Shown here: positions 24,512 to 32,000 of the stretch, in pieces
Numbering within the stretch: the first letter of the stretch is position 1
Layout of the letters: the number at the start of each line of letters is the position of its first letter
NCBI RefSeq assembly: GCF_000955905.1
Contig: NZ_CP011097.1
Span: 351,957 to 383,956, forward strand
DNA length: 32,000 nucleotides
Direction: 5' to 3'
From: Candidatus Nitrosotenuis cloacae
GTDB lineage: Archaea; Thermoproteota; Nitrososphaeria; Nitrososphaerales; Nitrosopumilaceae
The notes under the pieces: generated by a model
What the model was told of the DNA's origin: nothing
Seen by the model: the letters and a program-made list of their open reading frames with translations, nothing else
Database searches by the model: none
Made by a program: the position numbers and the translations under genes

Positions 24512-25311
24512 TATCTACCAAACATGGATGTAATGATGTCGCTTACCTTTTGGTATTCGACGCTTCCCCACTGGGCGTACACGTTTCCAAAAACAATGTC
24601 TGCTGATTTCTTTGCATCAAGGCCAGAGTCCAAAAGTTTTGCATACGCAATGCTTTCACGTAGGCTAGGCGAATAATACAATTCCTCCACTGCAGCTGCC
24701 TGTCGCAGTGTGTTTGCCAGGTTTATTCCCTGCTTTAATTTATCATCAAAGCTTCCAGAAACATGGCGCTTTACTATTTCAAATTCGGTTTCCTCTGGGG
24801 GATAATCTAATCTGATTCTAACTGGGAATCTGCTTAATAGCTGTGGTGGAAGCTCTTTTGTTCCAACATGAGTCAGCGGATTTATTGTGGCCACTACAAA
24901 CCATTTCTGATCTGCGTTAATCATTTCGCCAGTTGATTCCTTGAGAACAATCTGTCTTCTATCGTCAAGTGCCTCATCCAATCTTAGTAGAACGTCTGCC
25001 TCTGCTGCATTTAGCTCATCCAGATACAGAAAACTTCCATCCTTCATTGATTTTATCAAAATTCCCTCATCAAATCCAATTGTTCCATCATTGAGTGTCT
25101 TGGTTCCGATTAGGTGACTCTCGCGAGTTCGAAGGCTGAAATTGATTGATTCCAGCTTTGCACCCTTTCTACTTGCAAACTCTCGCACCAGCGAGGTCTT
25201 GCCGGTTCCCTTTGGGCCGATTATCAAAACAAAAAGACCTGCATCATGAGCCTTGCCTAAAACGTCCAAAGAATTATTCCAGTCTAAATATGCCGACGAT
25301 GACTGTAGCAT
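24511..25311 (-). CDS. AAA+ ATPase of the MoxR/AAA_5 class (CbbQ/NorQ/CobS-like)
   Basis: 266 aa. Walker A IIGPKGTGKTSL and Walker B FLYLDELNAAEADVLLRLDEALDDRR. The size and layout match CbbQ/NorQ. TATA-like TTTTAAATAAAG upstream. Confidence 0.85.
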   Translation of the reverse strand: MLQSSSAYLDWNNSLDVLGKAHDAGLFVLIIGPKGTGKTSLVREFASRKGAKLESINFSLRTRESHLIGTKTLNDGTIGFDEGILIKSMKDGSFLYLDELNAAEADVLLRLDEALDDRRQIVLKESTGEMINADQKWFVVATINPLTHVGTKELPPQLLSRFPVRIRLDYPPEETEFEIVKRHVSGSFDDKLKQGINLANTLRQAAAVEELYYSPSLRESIAYAKLLDSGLDAKKSADIVFGNVYAQWGSVEYQKVSDIITSMFGR

Positions 25312-25370
25312 GATTTTTAAAATTGCTTATACTTTATTTAAAATGACTCGTTTCTCTAATGACTTGAGCA

Positions 25371-26831
25371 CTAGTTGTCCCATTTTGCCAGATGCTCATA
25401 GGATTCATGCATTATCTTGAGCAGTTTTTTGTTCCATTCCTCAAATCCATCTGGCGTGGTAGGATAGTTGCGATAGTGCTCTGTTAGCCATCTGTTTTGT
25501 TGTGTTGTGTATCGCAGCCCGTCTGCTAGCTTTTTGTTTAGTGCCCCGCGAATGAGCATTCCCATTTTGCCCACCATGGAAAAGTCGGGGTGCTCACCTT
25601 TGCTGATTGCCTCAACATCCATGTTGCCCAAAAAGTGCTTCATTCCATAATTGATCTGATCATTTGTCAGCATTTGCAATAATCTTCTAAAGACCTCAAG
25701 GCCTGCAGTCTTGTAGCCATATTCTCTGGTATAATCAACATTGTATTGCCAAAGTCCCTTTTCTGTCACATCACCTGACTCTATTGCATCAACTGCGTTT
25801 TTGCCGATAATAGAGCCGGCAATTAGTGCGGGGCCTATTCCTCCAGCATCAAGTGGTTTTGGCATCCATGCCGAGTCGCCAACCAACATGAATCCATTTG
25901 CAACCATGCAGTCGTTTTGTCTTCTGACTGATACCTGAAAGTTTCCAGTTGCATTGTTCACATCTGATGGATCAGTAGATATTCTTGGATTTTTAATTGC
26001 GCGGTTTCTTGCAACATATTGATTGATCAAGCCTGTGACATCATCATGCTTGCCAAGTCTTTTGTTTCGTTTATCTAGAATTGTCTTCTCAACACCTAGT
26101 CCGATGTTGACCTTGTTTTTGCCCTTTGGAAATACCCATCCATATCCACCAGGCGCAATGTCTTGGTCCAAATGAATCAAGCAATAGTCCGGATCGAACT
26201 CTGATAGATCGTCTTCCCCCTGATCAAAATACATAATGTGTCTGCCAGTCGATTCAAGATCGGTTCTGTCGATTCGTCGCTCCATCTTTGTAGTGTTTTT
26301 GATCTGGTTTCGTAGCATCGATGTAACACCTGTGGCATCGATTACCACTTTGGCGGTTTTCTTGTAGGGCTGGTTTGTCTTTTTATCAGTACCTTCTACT
26401 CCCACCACCTGATTTCCATCGTATATCAGTCCGGTAAGGTTTACCTCAAAGTCGACATTGATTCCGCGCTTTAGTGCCTCCTTGTACTGGGTCTGTGGAA
26501 GTTGTTGTCTGTTTAGCAAAAATCCATCACCATCAAATGGAATGGACGTCTCTCTGTCTGGTGATAATGCCATAACGCCTTTTACTTTGTGCTCAATTTC
26601 TGGTGCCCCCCATGAAACCTTGATGTGGCTTCCCATGTAGTCAACTGCTTCCTTTGATACTGCGTCTCCGCAAACCCAACCATTGATTGATTTTCTGCCA
26701 AGCAAGATTGGCGGATTTCTATCTATTACCAGAATTGATATTTTTTGATTAGAATAATGAGCAGCCGAGTGTGCAGCAATCATTCCTGCGAGTCCGCCAC
26801 CAGCTACAATCAGGTCGTAATCTGTTTTCAC
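25371..26831 (-). CDS. Geranylgeranyl reductase family flavoprotein (digeranylgeranylglycerophospholipid reductase-like)
   Basis: N-terminal FAD fold YDLIVAGGGLAGMIAA, internal VIDATG and MLVGDSA motifs. GTG start. It is longer than typical GGRs (486 aa, with a C-terminal extension). Confidence 0.75.
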   Translation of the reverse strand: MKTDYDLIVAGGGLAGMIAAHSAAHYSNQKISILVIDRNPPILLGRKSINGWVCGDAVSKEAVDYMGSHIKVSWGAPEIEHKVKGVMALSPDRETSIPFDGDGFLLNRQQLPQTQYKEALKRGINVDFEVNLTGLIYDGNQVVGVEGTDKKTNQPYKKTAKVVIDATGVTSMLRNQIKNTTKMERRIDRTDLESTGRHIMYFDQGEDDLSEFDPDYCLIHLDQDIAPGGYGWVFPKGKNKVNIGLGVEKTILDKRNKRLGKHDDVTGLINQYVARNRAIKNPRISTDPSDVNNATGNFQVSVRRQNDCMVANGFMLVGDSAWMPKPLDAGGIGPALIAGSIIGKNAVDAIESGDVTEKGLWQYNVDYTREYGYKTAGLEVFRRLLQMLTNDQINYGMKHFLGNMDVEAISKGEHPDFSMVGKMGMLIRGALNKKLADGLRYTTQQNRWLTEHYRNYPTTPDGFEEWNKKLLKIMHESYEHLAKWDN

Positions 26832-26883
26832 TATGTGACAGCTGAAACGACATTATTTAAAACAATATCTTGTAGATTATTTT

Positions 26884-26960
26884 TTGGGTCAGATCGTCGC
26901 GGCGTCTTCACAGCTTGCGTATTGCTCAGACTGGAGCGGCTTGTAGCTCTTCATTCCCAA
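26884..26960 (-). ncRNA. Second, less canonical box C/D sRNA candidate
   Basis: The minus strand reads UUGGG-A-AUGAAGA(C)-18 nt-CUGA(D')-14 nt-GUGAAGA(C')-12 nt-CUGA(D)-CCCAA. It has a perfect 5-bp terminal stem and an exact 12-nt C'-D spacer. A TATA-like TTTAATAT lies about 27 nt upstream. The C-D' spacer and the internal loop are longer than usual. Confidence 0.4.
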
Positions 26961-26982
26961 CTAGATACTACTCTAAATGATA

Positions 26983-27411
26983 TTAAATTGTGCTTGTGAG
27001 TAATTCGGAATATGTCTTGATGAGATCCTTTTGTGTGTAAATTGGTGTGTAAATTTTCAGCTTTATTGGATCCTCGTTAGCGGGTTCTACTTTTCCCTGT
27101 ACTAGAGATTGCTTTGAGATTCTCATGTATAATCCAGAACCATCACATCGGTTATCCAAATCTTCGATGATCTCATCTATTTCGTTTTTTGGAATGTGTG
27201 ATAACATGGTCTTGACAAAGTGAATTGCCTTTTTCTTTTTTATTTTTCCATGAACCAGTATGATTGGATTGTCATAATGTCCTTGGAGATTCTGCATTGT
27301 AAAGTCGTCTTGGCTTAAATCAAAAATCTCTGCAAAAGCATCAAAGAGCTTTTGAGAGTCTTCAGTTGCATGTATGATAACTTGAATCTCTACTTCAAGT
27401 CTTTTTTCCAT
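26983..27411 (-). CDS. DUF54/COG1931-type putative RNA-binding protein (archaeal exosome/ribosomal neighbourhood)
   Basis: VEIQVIIHATEDSQKLFDAF matches the family's conserved h-x-h-x-h-H-x-TED-x-x-K-h N-terminus. Its position next to rps3Ae is typical. Confidence 0.55.
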   Translation of the reverse strand: MEKRLEVEIQVIIHATEDSQKLFDAFAEIFDLSQDDFTMQNLQGHYDNPIILVHGKIKKKKAIHFVKTMLSHIPKNEIDEIIEDLDNRCDGSGLYMRISKQSLVQGKVEPANEDPIKLKIYTPIYTQKDLIKTYSELLTSTI

Positions 27412-27418
27412 GAGTAGA

Positions 27419-28033
27419 TTATGCTTCTAGCAATGTGACTTGAGCTTCTGCAGTTCTAATTAGCTTTACCTTTTCAAGACCTACGTGTCTCATGCGAATG
27501 ACCTTCTTTGCTGCCGCCATGATATCCGAGTTTATCTTTCCATAGCATGTTGCTTGCACAAATTGATCAATTGTCATCTCTGGAATGGTCTTGTTCATTA
27601 CATCTCTTGCAATTAGTCTTAGAGCATGCTTGCGTGATGTGTTGAGCTTCTTGTGAGTCAATGCAATTACTTTTAGTCTGAATAGATAGTTGTCCTTTGT
27701 CTTTACATTCATCACAAAGCTTACCTTGCTGGAGCCACGTCGAATCAGGCTTCTGAGGAATTCCTTTGCATATTCGTATCTCTTGAATATTGCATATGCC
27801 TTGTCACCTTCTACTTTGCTAATCTGGAAGTAAATCTTGTACTGATATTGAGACGGATCTCCTTTTAGAATATCAAAGAGTGTTACCTCGATTACACGGC
27901 CAATTGCTTTTTGCTCATCAGTAATTGGTATGTATGCAAGTGGTGCATTGTTAAATGACTCTGGGGCAATTACTGTGACCCATTTTTTCTCACGCCACTT
28001 GTCCTTTACTTTACCGCCTCGTTTACGAGCCAA
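27419..28033 (-). CDS. rps3ae: 30S ribosomal protein S3Ae (eS1)
   Basis: (M)ARKRGGKVKDKWREKKWVTVIAPESF is the conserved eS1 N-terminus. The start must be TTG 28033, because an in-frame TAA lies immediately upstream and the next Met is about 107 codons downstream. Confidence 0.9.
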   Translation of the reverse strand: MARKRGGKVKDKWREKKWVTVIAPESFNNAPLAYIPITDEQKAIGRVIEVTLFDILKGDPSQYQYKIYFQISKVEGDKAYAIFKRYEYAKEFLRSLIRRGSSKVSFVMNVKTKDNYLFRLKVIALTHKKLNTSRKHALRLIARDVMNKTIPEMTIDQFVQATCYGKINSDIMAAAKKVIRMRHVGLEKVKLIRTAEAQVTLLEA

Positions 28034-28072
28034 TTATTTAGCGACCCTGTAGCCAAAATATAACTGTACCAA

Positions 28073-29335
28073 CTAAATCACGCTTGATCCGAGATATTTC
28101 TGTAAAGGCTTTGGCACACTGATATGGCCATCCTTTGTCTGAAAATTCTCCATTATCGCAACCAGCGTTCTAGTCGTTGCAACTAGGGTGCTGTTTAGCG
28201 AGTGGAGGTATTGTGTTTGCTCATTGGTCTTGTCTCGGAATCGTATCTTTAGCCTCCTGGTCTGAAAGTCCAGGCAATTAGAACATGACACTATTTCGCG
28301 GTATGCATTTTGGCCTGCCATCCAGGCCTCAATGTCATATGTTTTTGCAGAGACCTTGCCCATATCTCCACTTGATAAGAGCATGACTCGGTATGGAATT
28401 TCGAGTTTCTGGTAAAACTCTTCTGCAACTGTAAGCATTTTTTCATGTTCCTTCCAAGAGTCCTCTGGTCTTGCAAAGACGTACTGCTCTACTTTTTCAA
28501 ACTGGTGTACTCTAAAGATCCCCTTTTGGTCTCTGCCGTGTGCGCCTGCCTCTTTTCTAAAGCATGGACTAACACCTGCATATCTGATTGGTAGGTCTTT
28601 TCCTTCCAGGATTTCATCTGAATGCATTGCTGCAATGGAATGCTCTGATGTGCCAATCAAAAACAGGTCCTCATCTTGAACTTTGTATATCACACTCTCA
28701 AAGTCATCTGCAATTATTGCGCCTTCCATGGAACCGCGATTGATCATGTATGGGGGTTGGACTAGTCCGTATTGTTTTTCTGCCAAATAGTCTAGTGCAA
28801 AATGAATCAGCGCTTGGTTTAGTCTCACTAGATTGTTTTTCAGATAATAAAATCTTGCACCTGCTGTCTTTGCAGCTCGCTCCAAATCCACCAACCCCAA
28901 GTCTTGTGCCATGTCTATGTGGTCCTTGATTTTGAACTCAAATTTTGGAATCACTCCCCATGTCTTTACCTGAATGTTTGATGTATCGTCTGCCCCAAGT
29001 GGGACTGATTCATGAATTAGATTTGGCATTGTCATTGCCAGTTTGTTATAGTCTGATTCGGTTTTGATCTGTTCTGCTTCTAGTGCTTGCAATTGCTGAG
29101 AAACGGTTTGCATTTTTGCAATCGCATCATCTGCGTTTTGGCCAGTCTTTTTCTTGGTTGCAATTTCTGCAGCCACTTGGTTCTTTTGCTTGCGAAGCTC
29201 GTCTGTTTTTATGATTAGCTCTCGTCTCTTGGAGTCTGCATTTACCAAGCCATCCAGATCAAACTGGACATGCCTATCTGATAACATTTTGCGGATTATC
29301 TCTGGCTTTTCTTTGATTAGTTTTGGGTCCAGCAT
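28073..29335 (-). CDS. serS: Seryl-tRNA synthetase
   Basis: N-terminal coiled-coil arm (MLDPKLIKEKPEIIRKML...) and class II core (FRKEAGAHGRDQKGIFRVHQFEKVEQ; GQNAYREIVSCSNCLDFQTRRL). Confidence 0.95.
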   Translation of the reverse strand: MLDPKLIKEKPEIIRKMLSDRHVQFDLDGLVNADSKRRELIIKTDELRKQKNQVAAEIATKKKTGQNADDAIAKMQTVSQQLQALEAEQIKTESDYNKLAMTMPNLIHESVPLGADDTSNIQVKTWGVIPKFEFKIKDHIDMAQDLGLVDLERAAKTAGARFYYLKNNLVRLNQALIHFALDYLAEKQYGLVQPPYMINRGSMEGAIIADDFESVIYKVQDEDLFLIGTSEHSIAAMHSDEILEGKDLPIRYAGVSPCFRKEAGAHGRDQKGIFRVHQFEKVEQYVFARPEDSWKEHEKMLTVAEEFYQKLEIPYRVMLLSSGDMGKVSAKTYDIEAWMAGQNAYREIVSCSNCLDFQTRRLKIRFRDKTNEQTQYLHSLNSTLVATTRTLVAIMENFQTKDGHISVPKPLQKYLGSSVI

Positions 29336-29571
29336 TATTCCATCACCTTTAGTGCCACTTGCACATGGGACAAGACCTCATCAATGGTAGCAGTTAGTGT
29401 TTTCATATTACCAGTACTGTGGAAATTAAAAACAAGTGCATTATCAAGATTTTCCATCTCAAATGATAACCCTTTGGGAAAATCAACATTGTCAGGCTCC
29501 AAGGCCGCCCTTATTGCATCGGCCTTTTTCTTGGTCAGATGATCAATTGTTATTTTGAGTGTGGTTTCCAT
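29335..29571 (-). CDS. pcc1: KEOPS complex subunit Pcc1-like
   Basis: 78 aa. ADAIRAALEPDN...LVFNFHSTGNMKTLTATIDEVLSHVQVALKVME fits the Pcc1/CTAG pattern. There is a TAATG overlap with serS and a 29-nt overlap with the upstream gene. Confidence 0.6.
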   Translation of the reverse strand: METTLKITIDHLTKKKADAIRAALEPDNVDFPKGLSFEMENLDNALVFNFHSTGNMKTLTATIDEVLSHVQVALKVME

Positions 29572-30961
29572 TTACGCCGTCTTCTAGATAATCCAAAAAC
29601 CCATCAAGCTTGTCCTTTGTTATCTTTGCCCCAGCAGCTGCATCATGCCCTCCACCAATCCCATTGAATTTCTCAGCACCTGATTTCATTAGTACTGATA
29701 GGTTGACGTCTGTCTTGCAGCCCATTGATTTGCGCGAGGAGAACTTTATGGTATTTTCCTCGCTGTTTGTTCGTAGTATGATGATTTTTCCAGCATTCTT
29801 TGGTGAGCCGGCCAAAAGAGATGAAATTGTTCCAGTCATGGTTTCAGGAATTATTCCCTCACCGTTCACCATGACACATCTTGCCGAGTCGCTAATTCTC
29901 CATCGCTCATTTGTCAGAATGTTCATGTAGTCACGGATGAGTTTTCTGTATTCTAGCAAGATATTTTCGCCTTCGTATAGCATCCTGTTTCTATCGCCCA
30001 TGCAAATCGAGATACCAACACCAGATCTGCCGATTCTTCCACAAGAGTTTAGCATCGTGGAAAACTCACGAGCATCGCGCAAAAAGCTGCGTCTTTCCTC
30101 GCCTGGAAATGTGTAGGTGTAACCAATCAACTCCTCCATTATTTGGGTGGCGTTTTGTGAGCTTGCGAATTTTGTAATGGATTCTATGACTAGTCGTTTT
30201 TCGTCCTCTGTGAGGTCAGCCGGGGTTCTCCACCTTCCACCATCCTTTAGGTTGATGTCAGCAGATTTGAAAAGCGAAAGACACGTGTCCCTATTCCAAG
30301 TCAGCCCCTCAATGAATGGCTGAGATGTAAATGCAAGCGCATCAACCAGAGGTCTTGTTTCGCGTCCAACTAGGAGTAAGTCCATATCGACATGTAGTGC
30401 CCCTTGGCTTTTTGCCTCCTCTATGATGTCTATGTTTTTGCCAAGAAATGATTTCTTTTCTCCCTGATCTTGTCTGTCGCCCAGTGCAGAAACTACTGCA
30501 ATTGGTGCCAGGTCAGAGTTTTTTCCGTCCAGTGCCTTTGCTGCCAAAAACGCCATGCCGCCAGCACAGATTTCAGTTCCACCATTAATGCCATATTTCC
30601 AAGCGTTTATGATGTTGTCATTTTCGTGCTCTTCTTCAGATATCTCATGATGATCCAAGACAAACCAGTTTTGTCCCAATGATTCGTTTAGCTGCTTTCC
30701 AAATCCACCTCCAAGGTCTGTTATTACATGAAAGTCGCGCGAGTCTGATTCCATTGTTTTGATGGTTTGTGCACTCATCTCCTTTGTGGTGCGAACAGTA
30801 ACTTTTGCGCCTGCGCGAATCAGTGCCTTTGTTATGATTGCACCCGATGTCAAGCCATCACAGTCAATGTGTGTTACAACGGAGATGTCTTTGCCGTTTT
30901 TGATAAGATCCGAAATTACATCATTAAAATTTGATAAATGTTGATCGAGTACCTTGCCCAT
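29543..30961 (-). CDS. DHH-family phosphoesterase, archaeal RecJ/Cdc45 (GAN)-like
   Basis: Motifs HIDCDGLTSG, ITDLGGG, VLDHHE and GIGGGHDAAAGA. Confidence 0.8.
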   Translation of the reverse strand: MGKVLDQHLSNFNDVISDLIKNGKDISVVTHIDCDGLTSGAIITKALIRAGAKVTVRTTKEMSAQTIKTMESDSRDFHVITDLGGGFGKQLNESLGQNWFVLDHHEISEEEHENDNIINAWKYGINGGTEICAGGMAFLAAKALDGKNSDLAPIAVVSALGDRQDQGEKKSFLGKNIDIIEEAKSQGALHVDMDLLLVGRETRPLVDALAFTSQPFIEGLTWNRDTCLSLFKSADINLKDGGRWRTPADLTEDEKRLVIESITKFASSQNATQIMEELIGYTYTFPGEERRSFLRDAREFSTMLNSCGRIGRSGVGISICMGDRNRMLYEGENILLEYRKLIRDYMNILTNERWRISDSARCVMVNGEGIIPETMTGTISSLLAGSPKNAGKIIILRTNSEENTIKFSSRKSMGCKTDVNLSVLMKSGAEKFNGIGGGHDAAAGAKITKDKLDGFLDYLEDGVNGNHTQNNN

Positions 30962-31410
30962 TATTCAAGTTGGGCTACAACTGACTTATATTTCCAGTTC
31001 TGTGGAAGTGCACCAATTCTTTTGTAGTATGTCGAGATACGGTGAACCTTTGCCTCTACGAGCTCAAGCGATCTAACGTTTCGTTTGTCAGAATTGTTGT
31101 TCTTGAGGTGTCGTTGCAAGTTGATCGCCTTCTTTACAATATTGTTGAGGTCCTCAGGAATCTCTGGCCTCACGTTGTTTTCCTCTAGCATCTTTTTGAC
31201 GGATTTTTTTGTGATTGCCTTTGCCAGTGGAATTGCGTGCTGATCTCTTAGCTTTATTCCGATTTGGCTCATTGGGACGCCATCTTTGCCATATTTCACA
31301 ACCAGTTCCTCTACTTCTTTTGCTGTGGTTGTCACCCAAGATGGTGTTCTGCCAGAAATTGGCCTAGTAGAGTGTGATTGTCCATGTCTGTGGGTATGTA
31401 CACGTCCCAT
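30961..31410 (-). CDS. rps15: 30S ribosomal protein S15 (uS15/S13e)
   Basis: MGRVHTHRHGQSHSTRP...SWV N-terminus and C-terminal S15 fold (LQRHLKNNNSDKRNVRSLELVEAKVHRISTYYK). ATG 31410 is preferred to the extended ORF. Confidence 0.9.
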   Translation of the reverse strand: MGRVHTHRHGQSHSTRPISGRTPSWVTTTAKEVEELVVKYGKDGVPMSQIGIKLRDQHAIPLAKAITKKSVKKMLEENNVRPEIPEDLNNIVKKAINLQRHLKNNNSDKRNVRSLELVEAKVHRISTYYKRIGALPQNWKYKSVVAQLE

Positions 31411-31522
31411 GGCGCCTCTGATCCTAGAACTAACATAAACGTTACCACAAAACAATTACCAAAGCTGGCGATTAGAAAAAAGTTAAATAGAAACCATAGC
31501 CCCAAAAGCACAGGTAAACACT

Positions 31523-31852
31523 ATGAATAAAGTACTATTCGGAGCAGCAATCATTGCTGCAGCCGTAATATCAATGGGAATGACAGAACAAGCATTTGCC
31601 CAGTATATGGGTAATGTTGACCAAGATTCTGGAAAGACAGGCAAGAACACACTCGAAGAAGCACTAAAACTTCAAAGAGAACGTGTTACCTCTGCAGCTG
31701 AAAATCCAGCAACTGGTTCTGGCACTCCATACCTAGCAGCTGATGGTGTCTTGGGAGCTTCCGCAATTGCGGCAGCTGTCTTTGGAGGAATTGCCGCGGC
31801 ATTTTTCTTCAGAGGAAGAACCGGAAGATACGCAGCTCAAGGAAGAGGATAA
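31523..31852 (+). CDS. Small secreted protein with signal peptide and C-terminal TM helix + Arg-rich tail
   Basis: Signal peptide MNKVLFGAAIIAAAVISMGMTEQAFA-Q. C-terminus GVLGASAIAAAVFGGIAAAFFFRGRTGRYAAQGRG. Confidence 0.45.
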   Translation: MNKVLFGAAIIAAAVISMGMTEQAFAQYMGNVDQDSGKTGKNTLEEALKLQRERVTSAAENPATGSGTPYLAADGVLGASAIAAAVFGGIAAAFFFRGRTGRYAAQGRG

Positions 31853-32000
31853 ACCTACTTCTCTTTTTCCATTTTATTGAATATCCCCTAGCGGTACGCG
31901 ATCAGTAATTATCCCTGAGTATCAGGGAAATGTATATATCGCACATTATGAGGTCATTAGTTTAATGACTCCATTATTCGGTACAGTGTTCAGTATTCTG

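Noticed and set aside
28291-28476. Same-strand out-of-frame ORFs inside serS (28291..28476) and rps15 (31154..31339)
   Set aside because: They are embedded in conserved housekeeping genes, are Arg/Lys-rich frame-shift translations, and have no independent start signals.
1-32000. Search by eye for CRISPR arrays, IS elements/transposases, integrases, toxin-antitoxin pairs, restriction-modification genes or other known defence genes
   Set aside because: No regularly spaced direct repeats, no recombinase/transposase-like ORFs and no recognisable defence-gene motifs were found. The islet at 2473-5060 is therefore not claimed to be an active mobile element.
31912-32000. 7-bp hairpin TCCCTGA-GTA-TCAGGGA (31912-31928), a TATA-like TGTATATAT, and an ATG at 31965 opening an ORF that runs off the window
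   Set aside because: The stem is short, and only 12 codons of the putative ORF are visible. There is not enough evidence to call a gene or a regulatory site.

Overview
AT-rich archaeal chromosomal segment. Gene content and order look like an ammonia-oxidising thaumarchaeon (Nitrosopumilus-like). This is inferred from two TBP paralogues, ABCE1, eS1/uS15, Pcc1, a RecJ/Cdc45-like DHH protein, split transketolase, a stand-alone 5S rRNA, GGPP synthase and geranylgeranyl reductase. I can support about 40 protein genes, 2 tRNAs, one 5S rRNA and two candidate box C/D sRNAs missed by the ORF track. Two small Cys/His ORFs also need attention: one is below the ORF-track size cutoff and one is listed with an over-extended start. 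Most of the window is housekeeping: complex I subunit N, isoprenoid and lipid genes, pyrE, a non-oxidative pentose-phosphate operon, and a translation/KEOPS operon. Many genes are joined by ATGA or TAATG stop/start overlaps. No CRISPR array, transposase or integrase was seen. The main points of interest are: (1) a 2.6-kb accessory islet (2473-5060) next to tRNA(CAU). It is bracketed by a 12-nt direct repeat of the tRNA 3' end and encodes a membrane-anchored matrixin-like protease coupled to a stand-alone histidine-kinase DHp domain with Asp in place of the phospho-acceptor His. A wHTH + MEDS sensor pair is divergently transcribed from it. (2) A translationally coupled CbbQ/NorQ/CobS-type AAA+ ATPase + VWA protein pair with no visible client, followed by a soluble histidine kinase. 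(3) Two inverted TBP paralogues 13 kb apart with mosaic nucleotide identity suggesting gene conversion. (4) A transketolase-N/ribulose-phosphate-epimerase gene fusion. (5) Two box C/D sRNA candidates that share an unusual AUGAAGA C box. All functional calls come from by-eye motif recognition. No database search was run.
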